From Candidatus Tayloriibacteriota bacterium (lineage in GTDB: Bacteria; Patescibacteriota; Minisyncoccia; Phycocordibacterales; UBA6065): a stretch of 64,000 nt of DNA. The stretch is taken from positions 59,597-123,596 of the forward strand of contig JACRJQ010000002.1 in assembly GCA_016215405.1 (NCBI GenBank), read 5' to 3'. The translations under genes and the position numbers were made by a program. This document shows positions 38,336 through 46,864 of this stretch, in pieces (position 1 is the stretch's first letter; each line of letters starts with the position of its first letter). The notes under the pieces were generated by a model. That model ran no database searches. It was given only the letters and a program-made list of their open reading frames with translations, and was not told the DNA's origin.

Positions 38336-38782
38336 ATGAATACCGTTCCCACCGTCCTCATCCTCGAAAACAGTCCTCCTTGGGCAGAACTTTTCTCAAA
38401 AGTCATGCCCGAGGGCGTATCATCCGTCGTCGCGAGCCAAGCCGCGGCTTCGTCCGGAAAGTTCCGGTTCTTCAAGCACTCCCCCGTCCCCGAGGGAAAG
38501 CCCGAAGAAGTCGAAGTCGACATCGCGAAAATCGACGTCGTCATCATGAGCTACAAGACGTCGATCGCCGCGCCGAAAAGCGCCATCGACCTCATCGTCC
38601 ACTGGCGCCGAGCCGGCTTTGAAAAGCCGATCTTCATCGTCACGAGCCGCGGCGAAGAATGCATCGCCGAGCTCATGAAGAACGGAGTCTACAGCTCGAA
38701 CACCCCCGTGTTCAGCCGAGACTTCGACATGGCCACGGTCATGACCGCGGCGGTGACCCACGCCCTCAGCAAGAAGGACTGA
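38336..38782 (+). CDS. degenerate (pseudo-)receiver domain protein
   Basis: CheY-like alpha/beta pattern, but the acidic pair is EN and the phospho-acceptor position reads IMS (D replaced by S). Confidence 0.5.
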   Translation: MNTVPTVLILENSPPWAELFSKVMPEGVSSVVASQAAASSGKFRFFKHSPVPEGKPEEVEVDIAKIDVVIMSYKTSIAAPKSAIDLIVHWRRAGFEKPIFIVTSRGEECIAELMKNGVYSSNTPVFSRDFDMATVMTAAVTHALSKKD

Positions 38783-38804
38783 GAAATCACGCGAAAACGC
38801 GCAC

Positions 38805-38835
38805 GGCCCGCTTCTCTCGAAGCGGGCCGTTTTTT
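38805..38835 (+). terminator. intrinsic terminator
   Basis: GGCCCGCTTC-TCTC-GAAGCGGGCC followed by TTTTTT. Confidence 0.65.
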
Positions 38836-39418
38836 ATCTTCCCTTCCTGCCGAGCCTCTCGATTTTGGCGAGGAGCCTCTGCGCGCGCTCTGGAGGGATA
38901 TTCCTCATCCCCGAGAACCAAGTCTTCCTCACGGGAGCGAAGCCGGAGAATCTCAAGACGCCGCGAACCCAGCTGTTGATGTTTCCTCCGAAGAGCACCC
39001 AGAGCAAAAAAGGATGCGAGTCCGACGTCACGATGACGCGAGCCGAACGGCCCTTGAGCCTGCGGATCCAGCCGGGAATGGGGCCCTTTCTGAAATTAAA
39101 CGCAAACCCGGGCATCCACACGCGGTCGACGAGGCCCTTCATGAGAGCCGGCGTGTCCGACCACCATATCGGGAATACCGAGACGAAATGCTCGCACCAC
39201 TTCACGTCCTCCTGGAATTTTACGAGGTCAGGCTCGTATGGTTGTATGACCTTGTAGCCTCTGTGGAGGATGGGATCGAACTTCATGTCGGATATGCGGG
39301 TCAGGCGCACCTCGTGACCGGCGCTCTCCGCGCCTTTCCTGTAAGCATCCGCGAGAGAGCTCGAGAGCGAATCGCTATCGGGATTGCCGACGAATATGAA
39401 TATCTTCTTGCTCTTCAT
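38834..39418 (-). CDS. flavodoxin-like fold NAD(P)H-dependent oxidoreductase (KefF/MdaB/NQO1-like)
   Basis: 194 aa, KIFIFVGNPDSDSLSSSLADAY. Confidence 0.7.
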   Translation of the reverse strand: MKSKKIFIFVGNPDSDSLSSSLADAYRKGAESAGHEVRLTRISDMKFDPILHRGYKVIQPYEPDLVKFQEDVKWCEHFVSVFPIWWSDTPALMKGLVDRVWMPGFAFNFRKGPIPGWIRRLKGRSARVIVTSDSHPFLLWVLFGGNINSWVRGVLRFSGFAPVRKTWFSGMRNIPPERAQRLLAKIERLGRKGR

Positions 39419-39419
39419 G

Positions 39420-39650
39420 CTATTTGCCCTGCATAAGCCTTGCGAGCTCTTCGCGATGCTTCGTCATTATCTCCATGGTCACCTGCTGCTGGTCCTTGCC
39501 CGATTTAAGCCCCTCTTGGAGCTCTTTCGCGAGGTTCTCGAAGAACGCCGGATTGCGCTCGACGAGGTCGAGGAGCGCCTCCTGCTCATTTTCCGGGACA
39601 TCTTTGAGCTGAGACTTCATGGCCTGCTTCATCAAAAATCTTTTGAGCAT
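39420..39650 (-). CDS. small hypothetical helical protein
   Basis: 76 aa; its stop lies 2 nt from the start of the downstream gene. Confidence 0.4.
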   Translation of the reverse strand: MLKRFLMKQAMKSQLKDVPENEQEALLDLVERNPAFFENLAKELQEGLKSGKDQQQVTMEIMTKHREELARLMQGK

Positions 39651-39674
39651 TTCTTTGTTGTCTTAACGGTGGAG

Positions 39675-40961
39675 CTACTTTATCAAAAAAGGCTTTCGGT
39701 CGCTATAGACCTCCAAAGGGACCCTGTCCCAGCAGGCGACGACATGATCCGCGTAGCCCCAGAGAGCCTCGATCTCTTCGGGACCGACGAACTCTCTCTC
39801 CGACCCATAGAGCGCGGCGAGGATGATGTTGCCGTAAGCGTCGTAGGATCGAGGGACTTCGAACACCTCCTTTGAGCCGTCTCGATTCTCTATCACTATC
39901 TCTTGCTTCGGCTGTATAGAGAACCTCATCCTCTTCGGAAGGCCAGAGATATCCTTGAAGCATATCTCCGCGAACGCCTCCGCGACCTGCATCTTCTTGC
40001 CGGATTCGAGGACAAGAGGTACGCTCTTAAGCTTCCCCGACCTCAAGGAGGTCTCGACATGAAAAGAGGTTTCCGTCTGCGAACCGACCCTCACCCCTCT
40101 CTCGGCCTCATAGCCCTCATACTGCCCCCGCCGCGAGAGGTCGCAGGTGTTCGCGGGAGGGACGAGCCTTTTTATGAAGTCCGCGCGTGCCTCCTGCCAA
40201 GAGCCGGCCGTAGAAAGGTCCGCCCCGAGGGCGGCGAGCGTCTCGAGCATGTGGTTCTGGCCCACGTCCCTAAAGGCGCCGACTCCTTCATACGACGCCC
40301 CCCTGCCGTCTATGCCCTTGGTCTCGAAGAGCCGCACTCGGATCGAGGAAACAGCCTCCGACGACACGAGGTCGCTCATATGAGTCGCTCTCTCGTGGAG
40401 ATCCATGATGGCTCGGACAGTATCTTTGCCTAGATAATGGTCCACTCGCAGTATCTGGTCCGGATCGAGCTTGGAGGCGAGGAGCCTGTCGAGGGCGCAG
40501 GCGCTCTTTTGGTCGGTCCCGAACGGCTTCTCTATCATGATCTTCCCTCTCTTGCCCCGTTCGAGGACGCGCGACCTTACGAGGTCCTTGAACGCCGGCG
40601 AGTAGAGATCGGGAGCCAGAGAGAAATACACCAAAAGCTCAGCGCTCGGGTCTTCGGCGAGCATGCGGTCGAGCCGCGCCTTAAGCTCCTTATAGCCCAC
40701 TCCCGCAGCGATATCCACCTTCGAATAGGAGATCGCCGCTGCGAACGACGGTTCGGCCGGGCGGCCCCTTTGTCCCTCGAAAAAAGACAAAAAGCCCGCG
40801 TCGTCCCACTCTCGCCTCGAGACGGCGACGACCTTCGACGAGGCCCCGATCTCGCCAGCCGAGACCAAGGACTCTATAGCAGGCAATATCTTCTTCGCCG
40901 CGAGGTCTCCCGTCGCGCCGAATAGCACGAATATCATGTCTTTCTTCGAAACGCCTTTCAT
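39675..40961 (-). CDS. zwf: glucose-6-phosphate 1-dehydrogenase
   Basis: FGATGDLAAKKILPA, EKPFG and RVDHYLGK motifs. Confidence 0.85.
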   Translation of the reverse strand: MKGVSKKDMIFVLFGATGDLAAKKILPAIESLVSAGEIGASSKVVAVSRREWDDAGFLSFFEGQRGRPAEPSFAAAISYSKVDIAAGVGYKELKARLDRMLAEDPSAELLVYFSLAPDLYSPAFKDLVRSRVLERGKRGKIMIEKPFGTDQKSACALDRLLASKLDPDQILRVDHYLGKDTVRAIMDLHERATHMSDLVSSEAVSSIRVRLFETKGIDGRGASYEGVGAFRDVGQNHMLETLAALGADLSTAGSWQEARADFIKRLVPPANTCDLSRRGQYEGYEAERGVRVGSQTETSFHVETSLRSGKLKSVPLVLESGKKMQVAEAFAEICFKDISGLPKRMRFSIQPKQEIVIENRDGSKEVFEVPRSYDAYGNIILAALYGSEREFVGPEEIEALWGYADHVVACWDRVPLEVYSDRKPFLIK

Positions 40962-40987
40962 GATGCTCCAGTATAAACGAAACCGAA

Positions 40988-41013
40988 CTAAAAGCCCCGC
41001 GCGGACGCGGGGC
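40988..41013 (-). terminator. intrinsic terminator after the secreted-protein gene
   Basis: GCCCCGCG-CGGA-CGCGGGGC; on the minus strand it is followed by TTTTAGTTCGGTTTCG. Confidence 0.55.
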
Positions 41014-41037
41014 TCGGATAGAAGGACAGGCGGGCCG

Positions 41038-41496
41038 TCAGAAGCTTAAGGTCTTCATCACGACCATCCGTATCGGCAAGATGAACATCTTGTCGAAAAC
41101 GACGAAGGGGTCGTTCGGGAGCTGACGCGGGCTGTAGGTATACGACACCTTCGACCTCAGGCGGATCGAGCTGTCGTCGTCGTGGCGCAGATAGAGCCCT
41201 TTGGTCAGAAAGTCCGGAGAATCGAAGTTGCCCTCGATAGACCGGATGCCTTTGGAGAGGAAGTCTTGCGGCTCGCTCTCCTTCGCTTTGGCGAGATGGA
41301 GCTCGAGGCTCCGTATCGCAGTAGAGAGCTCCAGATCGGCTCTCTTCACGAACGTTCCGCCAGGGATCTGCTCTGAGCCGTAGCGGAACCGGGGATCCGA
41401 CCTGAGGGCATCGCGCCATCCGGACGACTGTCCGAAGGCCGAGGAACCGGCGAGCGTGAACAAAGCGCACGCGAGCGCTGCATGGAGAGCATTCAT
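41038..41496 (-). CDS. small secreted hypothetical protein
   Basis: The start was chosen at MNALHAALACALFTLAGSSAFGQ (a signal peptide); the longer track ORFs are N-terminal extensions or alternate frames. Confidence 0.45.
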   Translation of the reverse strand: MNALHAALACALFTLAGSSAFGQSSGWRDALRSDPRFRYGSEQIPGGTFVKRADLELSTAIRSLELHLAKAKESEPQDFLSKGIRSIEGNFDSPDFLTKGLYLRHDDDSSIRLRSKVSYTYSPRQLPNDPFVVFDKMFILPIRMVVMKTLSF

Positions 41497-41606
41497 GGGG
41501 TGAAAAGGGGTTTGGGATAAGTATAGGCGCGGACCACAGGAAGTCCATGGAGTTATGCACAAATCAAAATGCCCGCGCGGAAGGTCGCGGGCATTCGTTT
41601 CCTGGC

Positions 41607-41912
41607 TCAGGCGAAGCGCGGAGGGTCCGCACAGTCGTAGGGAGAGCGAACGAGCGGCAACTCACGCCCGTCGCGCCGTTGGAACGAGGGGTGAATAACC
41701 GGAAGCTTTTGGAGGGCTTCCGTCGGCAGCCTCGCGCTTTCGAGCGAGGCTAAGTCGATCCTCGCTAAGGTGCGAGTATCGCTCGGTATGGCTGCTTTCG
41801 AGCCAGGAAAATGGTCTTGCGAGGATGTTTGCCTCGCAGACGGATTCTGATTTGAGGAAAGGACGAGGGACGCGGTGAGAAGCGCCCCAGACAAGAGGAG
41901 CTTCTTTAGCAT
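41607..41912 (-). CDS. small secreted hypothetical protein
   Basis: Signal peptide MLKKLLLSGALLTASLVLSS. Confidence 0.4.
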   Translation of the reverse strand: MLKKLLLSGALLTASLVLSSNQNPSARQTSSQDHFPGSKAAIPSDTRTLARIDLASLESARLPTEALQKLPVIHPSFQRRDGRELPLVRSPYDCADPPRFA

Positions 41913-41988
41913 GCGTGAAAGGGGTTTCTGGAGCCGGTCTTGAGTCTAGGCGATGACATCCGTCTTGTAAAGCGCTCCTTGTGGAGAC

Positions 41989-43248
41989 CTACCTCGCTTC
42001 GCCCAAATACGGCACAGAAAGGCGTTTCGACGATCCCCTCGGCATAAAAAGAGCTTTCTTCTCCCTTCTCCTCTCGCGATGGAGGGAGCGGGAGCTCGAA
42101 GCCATATGGACGAGGCTCTTCCCGTACTTCTTGTTGATCCTATCGACCGCTTCGAGCACCTTGCCTCCCTTCTCCGCCGCCCGCGCTCCCCCGAAGAGAT
42201 CCTCCTGAACGGCCTCTTCCGGGACCAGGCCGCAGAGGATCGCTCCCGTCGCGCGATAGAGGCGGCCCCGTTCGAATATCTCGTCGAAAGCTTTTTTCGC
42301 CTCCCTTACGATCTGGAACGAGCCGTTCGAGGGCAGAGAGAGCTTTCGCGAAGCGTTCGCATACGAGAGATCCTTGGTCTTGAGATAGACGGAGACGTCC
42401 TTGGCATAGAGGCCGAGCTCGCGGGCCCTCCGGCACGCGCCCTCGAGGTTCTTCGACAGCTCGGAAAATACGTACGAAGAATCGTCGCTCGCCGGAAAGA
42501 ACGTCCTTGTCTTCATGATAGACCTTTGAGGCTCGCTCCCCGTCGCGACTGGATGGACCGACACCCCGTTAAGCTCGAGATGCATCTCTTCTAGAGGCTT
42601 CGAGAAGCTCTCGCTCACCCATGCCGCAGGCTTTGAAGCGAGGTCGAGGGCCGTCGTTATCCCCTTCTTTCGCAGAGATATCGCCGTCGCAGAACCTATG
42701 CCCCAGACCTTATCTACGGGAGTCTTGCCAAGCAAAGAGGTCACATCTTCAGGACATACGATCGTGAGGCCGTCCGGCTTCTTCGATTTAGAAGCCATCT
42801 TCGCGAGGGATTTCGTCGAGGCGAGGCCGAGCGACACGGATATCCCAAGCTCTTTCCCGATCTCGCCCTTTAGGCGCGAGAGCACGGGCAAGGGATCCTT
42901 CTTAAATCCCGGCACGTCCGTGAAATCGGCGAAGCACTCGTCGATGGAATACTCCTCGACGACGTCGGTGTAGCGCCTCACGATATCCATCATCCGCTTC
43001 GAGAACACGGCATACGATTCATAGTCTGAGTCCACCACCGCGACCTGCGGGAACTGTCGGCGTATCTGGAATATGGGCATGGCGCGAGTGATGCCGAGCG
43101 CTTTCGCCTCGTAGGACATCGCCGAGGCGATGCCGCGCTCCTGGCCCGTTACGACCGGACGCCCGCGAAGCCTCGGGTCCTTCGCCGCCTCCACGGAGAC
43201 GAAGAACGCGTCGCCGTCGAGATGCATGATGTATCTTCGTCCCTTCAT
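41989..43248 (-). CDS. dinB: DNA polymerase IV (Y-family translesion polymerase)
   Basis: MHLDGDAFFVSVE and the catalytic SIDECFAD motif. Confidence 0.85.
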   Translation of the reverse strand: MKGRRYIMHLDGDAFFVSVEAAKDPRLRGRPVVTGQERGIASAMSYEAKALGITRAMPIFQIRRQFPQVAVVDSDYESYAVFSKRMMDIVRRYTDVVEEYSIDECFADFTDVPGFKKDPLPVLSRLKGEIGKELGISVSLGLASTKSLAKMASKSKKPDGLTIVCPEDVTSLLGKTPVDKVWGIGSATAISLRKKGITTALDLASKPAAWVSESFSKPLEEMHLELNGVSVHPVATGSEPQRSIMKTRTFFPASDDSSYVFSELSKNLEGACRRARELGLYAKDVSVYLKTKDLSYANASRKLSLPSNGSFQIVREAKKAFDEIFERGRLYRATGAILCGLVPEEAVQEDLFGGARAAEKGGKVLEAVDRINKKYGKSLVHMASSSRSLHRERRREKKALFMPRGSSKRLSVPYLGEAR

Positions 43249-43541
43249 GTATATTTGCGTATGACTGCGATCACTACCGCCTCGACTTTCGCGCCCTGCT
43301 TTGAGAGAGAGTCGAAACGGACCATCTTAAACTCTCCGTCGTCTACGGCGATCACTATATCCATCTCCTTCGGCGTCTTTGACCTATCGACGATGACGAG
43401 GTCGCCTTCGAGTATCCCGGCATCGCGCATCGAATCGGTCGCGGCGCGAAGCATAAAGGAAGCCTCCTTGTTCTCAACAAGATAATCGTCTAGAGACATG
43501 GTATCGAGAGCGCCGTCTTCGTCGTGTGTGCGAAAACCCAT
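43245..43541 (-). CDS. UmuD/LexA-like S24 peptidase domain protein
   Basis: 98 aa with the Ser (AATDSMRDAGI) / Lys (FKMVRF) dyad; there is a 4-nt ATGA overlap with dinB. Confidence 0.72.
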   Translation of the reverse strand: MGFRTHDEDGALDTMSLDDYLVENKEASFMLRAATDSMRDAGILEGDLVIVDRSKTPKEMDIVIAVDDGEFKMVRFDSLSKQGAKVEAVVIAVIRKYT

Positions 43542-43597
43542 GCGTGAAGTATAAGTGAACCAGAGTTCACTTACAAGGATGGGCTCGCTGCTCAGGG

Positions 43598-43668
43598 TGG
43601 ACCTAGGGGGAATCGAACCCCCGCCTCGTCAATGCGAATGACGCGTCGTACCACTAGACTATAGGCCC
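43598..43668 (-). tRNA. tRNA-Ala (anticodon CGC)
   Basis: Cloverleaf with acceptor GGGCCUA/UAGGUCC containing a G3:U70 pair; anticodon loop UUCGCAU. Confidence 0.75.
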
Positions 43669-43689
43669 GTTAAGGGACAGTATCCCTTG

Positions 43690-43763
43690 TGCGCCCTGGA
43701 AGATTCGGACTTCCGGCCTCTCGCGTGTGAAGCGAGCGCTCTGACCGACTGAGCTAAGGACGC
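43690..43763 (-). tRNA. tRNA-Val (anticodon CAC)
   Basis: Acceptor GCGUCCU/AGGGCGC; anticodon loop UUCACAC. Confidence 0.75.
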
Positions 43764-43769
43764 TCTAAG

Positions 43770-43840
43770 TGGACCTACCGGGAATCGAACCCGGCACTCA
43801 TCCATGCCATGGATGCGTATTACCGATATACTATAGGCCC
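43770..43840 (-). tRNA. tRNA-Ala (anticodon GGC)
   Basis: The acceptor again has G3:U70; anticodon loop AUGGCAU. Confidence 0.75.
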
Positions 43841-43912
43841 TCGCGGGATATATCTTACTACAAAGTTTGATAATTTGAAGCTTTTAAGCTATATTATCGC
43901 AGTCAGAAAAGC

Positions 43913-43985
43913 GGGCCCTTAGCTCATCTGGTAGAGCACCTCATTTGCAATGAGGGGGTGGCAGGTTCGAGTCCTGTAGGGTCCA
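43913..43985 (+). tRNA. tRNA-Ala (anticodon TGC)
   Basis: GGGCCCU acceptor with G3:U70; anticodon loop UUUGCAA; T-loop TTCGAGT. Confidence 0.8.
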
Positions 43986-43993
43986 CAAAACAA

Positions 43994-44016
43994 GTCCGCC
44001 TCTCGGCGGACTTTTT
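43994..44016 (+). terminator. intrinsic terminator after tRNA-Ala(TGC)
   Basis: GTCCGCC-TCTC-GGCGGAC followed by TTTTT. Confidence 0.6.
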
Positions 44017-44026
44017 GATGGACCCT

Positions 44027-44049
44027 AAAAAAAGCGCCGGGGCGCTTTT
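44027..44049. terminator. bidirectional hairpin terminator
   Basis: AAAAAAA-GCGCC-GGGG-GGCGC-TTTT. Confidence 0.5.
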
Positions 44050-44165
44050 GTCAGGACTCGAACGGCGGAGCGGGACCCAGATTAGCAAATCTGGGAGCGA
44101 GCCGGTGCCTAGACAAATCTGAGCGACGGCGAGGATTTAGTCGAGGGAGAGATCCTCATAGCCCC

Positions 44166-44651
44166 CTACTCGCATGCGACTTCGTTCGCCTCGAGGTTCG
44201 CTGTGACTATCCTGGCCGCACCGCCCGAATCTATGCACCACATAAGGGGCGCTCCCGAGGAGGTGCCCTTAAGAGGCGTCTCTGCGGCATAATTCGAGCC
44301 GTTTTCGTGGCATGTCACGATATCGAACGCCCCTGCGGTCGAGAGGGATATGTTGAGAGGCTGCGTCGTCGTGCCCCACGCCTCCTGAGCCTTGAGGAGA
44401 TTATATTCAAGGGTCTTCCCGCCGTTAGGCGAGGGTATCGATCCGCAGACGCCGGCATAGGAATTCCCGTTGTCTCCGTAATAGAGCTCGGCCGCCGTGC
44501 GTGCGTCATGCATATTGGACTTTATGAGGGCGTCCGTCCCCTTCTGCTTGCTCGAAGCTATGTTGCCGAGGACGATCGAAGATATGATGCCTATGATCGC
44601 GATCGATATGAGGAGCTCGACAAGGGTAAATCCTTTCCTAGAGTAGGTCAT
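44166..44651 (-). CDS. type IV pilin / pseudopilin (prepilin with class III signal)
   Basis: The ORF-track 44166..45188 extends antisense into the cupin gene; it was trimmed to MTYSRKG|FTLVELLISIAIIGIISS (a prepilin peptidase site). A C-terminal Cys pair (WCIDSGG...VACE) is present. Confidence 0.75.
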   Translation of the reverse strand: MTYSRKGFTLVELLISIAIIGIISSIVLGNIASSKQKGTDALIKSNMHDARTAAELYYGDNGNSYAGVCGSIPSPNGGKTLEYNLLKAQEAWGTTTQPLNISLSTAGAFDIVTCHENGSNYAAETPLKGTSSGAPLMWCIDSGGAARIVTANLEANEVACE

Positions 44652-44741
44652 TTCACAATCGTACCAGCTCTCTCGATATTCGCGAAAGCCGTTATCCCCG
44701 CAGCCACGCGACCGGAACGCGGAAAATGCTAGAATACAGCC

Positions 44742-45311
44742 ATGATAAAGCCATTCGCAGAGAGAGCGCACGACAAGATGCGGGAGGTCCTCATGGATCC
44801 CGACGCCCAAGGCCCCGAGACCCACTACTACATGATCCGAGGCGGCAAAGACAAAAGGAACATAACCGTCTGGGAGCCCGGCACTGTCGCCGGAGAGTAC
44901 ATAAAATCCTACGGCCACTATCATGTAGGCAAGCTCGACGAGACGTATACGATACTCGCAGGCGAAGGATACGTCCTCATGCAGACGAGGAAGGCCGGAA
45001 GCGACGGGTCCCCTATCGACGACGAGATCGACTCTTTCAAGGCGGTAAAGGTAAAGGCCGGAGACTCTGTATTCATCCCGTCGGGGGCGGGGCATCTCGC
45101 CGTAAATACCGGAAACACCTGGCTCGTCACCTCGGACGACAGTCCTGTCGATTTCGGAGAGAAAAACGCGGCGTCCCTGCCCGGACATGCCGATTACGAG
45201 CCTTTCAAGAGGCTCCGCGGAGCGGCATATTACGTCATCGACAGAGATGGCAAACCGGAGTTCGTAAAGAACCCTCAGTATAGGAACATCCCTCCCGTAG
45301 AGCTCTCTTAG
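44742..45311 (+). CDS. cupin-type glucose-6-phosphate isomerase (archaeal-type cPGI)
   Basis: 189 aa; TVWEPG...GHYHV...GE...GAGHLAVNTG matches the metal-binding cupin PGI of Thermococcales; an extended -10 (TGcTAGAAT) lies 11 nt before the ATG. Confidence 0.65.
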   Translation: MIKPFAERAHDKMREVLMDPDAQGPETHYYMIRGGKDKRNITVWEPGTVAGEYIKSYGHYHVGKLDETYTILAGEGYVLMQTRKAGSDGSPIDDEIDSFKAVKVKAGDSVFIPSGAGHLAVNTGNTWLVTSDDSPVDFGEKNAASLPGHADYEPFKRLRGAAYYVIDRDGKPEFVKNPQYRNIPPVELS

Positions 45312-45355
45312 AGATCTCTAAGAACCTGAAATAAATTCAGAACGACCTTTTTCTG

Positions 45356-45395
45356 CAGCTAAAAACAGTATCATATATGATACTGTTTTTAGCTG
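45356..45395. repeat. perfect palindrome, copy 2 (cagc-TAAAAACAGTATCATATATGATACTGTTTTTA-gctg)
   Basis: The core 45360-45391 is identical to copy 1; it lies between the convergent cPGI and GH57 genes. Confidence 0.9.
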
Positions 45396-45444
45396 TTTCT
45401 GAACGGACCTTGCGTCGAACCTTATCTGGAACCGCACAGAGCGA

Positions 45445-46833
45445 TTAGAACATCAGGTCTGAACCCGGCTTTACGTGCCCTGTATCGTTCCTTTCCATCT
45501 CCTCTTCGAGCTCCCGTATCCTGTCTTTTATCATCGAAGCGCGGTGGTATTCCTGAGACTCGGCCGCTAGAGTCATCTGCTCGCGGAGATTCTTGATCAT
45601 ATCCTCGAACTCTTCCTTGGTGACGAAGAGCTTTTCCTTCTCTTCGAGGCGCTCTCGTACCTCTTCGTTCTCTTGGCGCGAGAGCTCGTCTACGACGCCG
45701 GTGCGCTGCCATTCAAATCCCGTATAGAGGATGTCCTTATAGAGGTCGTCCGCCCTCTTGAGCTCCTCGGGCTTCGCGGTCCTCGATTCATGGATCGTCT
45801 TTTTCAGGTCGAAAGCCCCCCTCTCTATCATCTCGAGGCTCCACCACGGCCGCGCGGAGGCCCACCAATACTGGTCGGAATGGAGCGAGTAGTCGAGCGT
45901 CTCGCGGGACTTCTGCGTCTCATCGCGGCGAACCACGTCGATCGCGAGGTTCGTAAGCTCCCATTGCGCGACCTGCACCTTGTTCTTCGGATTCTTCCAG
46001 CGCAAGAACGGCTCGCCTATCGAGAAATCGCGAGGGACGGAGGCCCACGTCGAAGGGCGCGGGTCTATCTTCTCTACCGGAAGCCCGAGCTCGAGCACGT
46101 CGCCTAGCGAGAGCGACTCGATCTTGGTATCGGAAAGGAGGTCGAAGAGGAGCTTCTCGAGGCCCGGCCTGTGGTGACCGAATGTCTCGCCGTCCATGCC
46201 TGTGACCGTGTACTCGTTCTTGCCGAACCGCGGCTCGAGGAAGCGCATGATGGCAGGCAGGGTCGAGAGCTGCGAGGCGGAGAGTATCTTGAAGGAGAAA
46301 TTCCTCTCGCGGAAGAATACATAAAAGCCTTCGACCCCTTCGATCTCATAGACCTTCTCTCTCGAAGGGTGGCCTTCGCCGGGAAAAGCGAGCTCGTCGA
46401 TGATGATCCACTTATACCCCATCTTCTTCGCGACCTGGACCACCTTTTTCGAATAGGCCATCTCAGGCGAGAAGAATCCCCCTTTCTTCCATTTGGTGCC
46501 GAAATATCGATTGAGCCCTTCTTCGTTGAGACGTATCTGCCTCTCGATCTCCTCTTCCGGGAGCAATGGCAGGAACGCATGGTATTTCGCGCTTCCGGTG
46601 ATCTCAACCCCTCCCGATTCGATGAGAGCGCGGATGTTGTCGATAACGTCGGTCGCTCCGTTCTGCTCGAGGAGCTCGCAGAGGACGCTGTTTATGTTAA
46701 GCGTGACCCGAGCGCGAGGGATTCCTCGCAGGCCGGAGAAGAGCTTTCGGTAGCATTCGTCGGCGATACGCCTCACCCAGATCGGCTTTTGAGTCGGTGG
46801 CTGATATACGTGGAGGAAATTGGCCCATCTCAT
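45445..46833 (-). CDS. glycoside hydrolase family 57 protein (alpha-glucan branching/amylase-like)
   Basis: Catalytic-region motif TGMDGETFGHHRPG; N-terminus FLHVYQP. Confidence 0.65.
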   Translation of the reverse strand: MRWANFLHVYQPPTQKPIWVRRIADECYRKLFSGLRGIPRARVTLNINSVLCELLEQNGATDVIDNIRALIESGGVEITGSAKYHAFLPLLPEEEIERQIRLNEEGLNRYFGTKWKKGGFFSPEMAYSKKVVQVAKKMGYKWIIIDELAFPGEGHPSREKVYEIEGVEGFYVFFRERNFSFKILSASQLSTLPAIMRFLEPRFGKNEYTVTGMDGETFGHHRPGLEKLLFDLLSDTKIESLSLGDVLELGLPVEKIDPRPSTWASVPRDFSIGEPFLRWKNPKNKVQVAQWELTNLAIDVVRRDETQKSRETLDYSLHSDQYWWASARPWWSLEMIERGAFDLKKTIHESRTAKPEELKRADDLYKDILYTGFEWQRTGVVDELSRQENEEVRERLEEKEKLFVTKEEFEDMIKNLREQMTLAAESQEYHRASMIKDRIRELEEEMERNDTGHVKPGSDLMF

Positions 46834-46864
46834 ATCGTTTTATGTGGTTACGGGATAATACGCC

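Noticed and set aside
44041-44100. possible fifth tRNA (GTTCGAGTCC T-loop-like motif, CCCAGAT/ATCTGGG stem)
   Set aside because: I could not fold a cloverleaf: no complementary T-stem or acceptor stem, and the candidate anticodon hairpin gives only even loop sizes. It is treated as a tRNA 3'-end fragment (see findings).
44652-45188. N-terminal 179 codons of the 340-aa minus ORF
   Set aside because: This extension runs antisense through the cupin PGI gene; the real gene starts at the prepilin leader MTYSRKG|FTLVELL.
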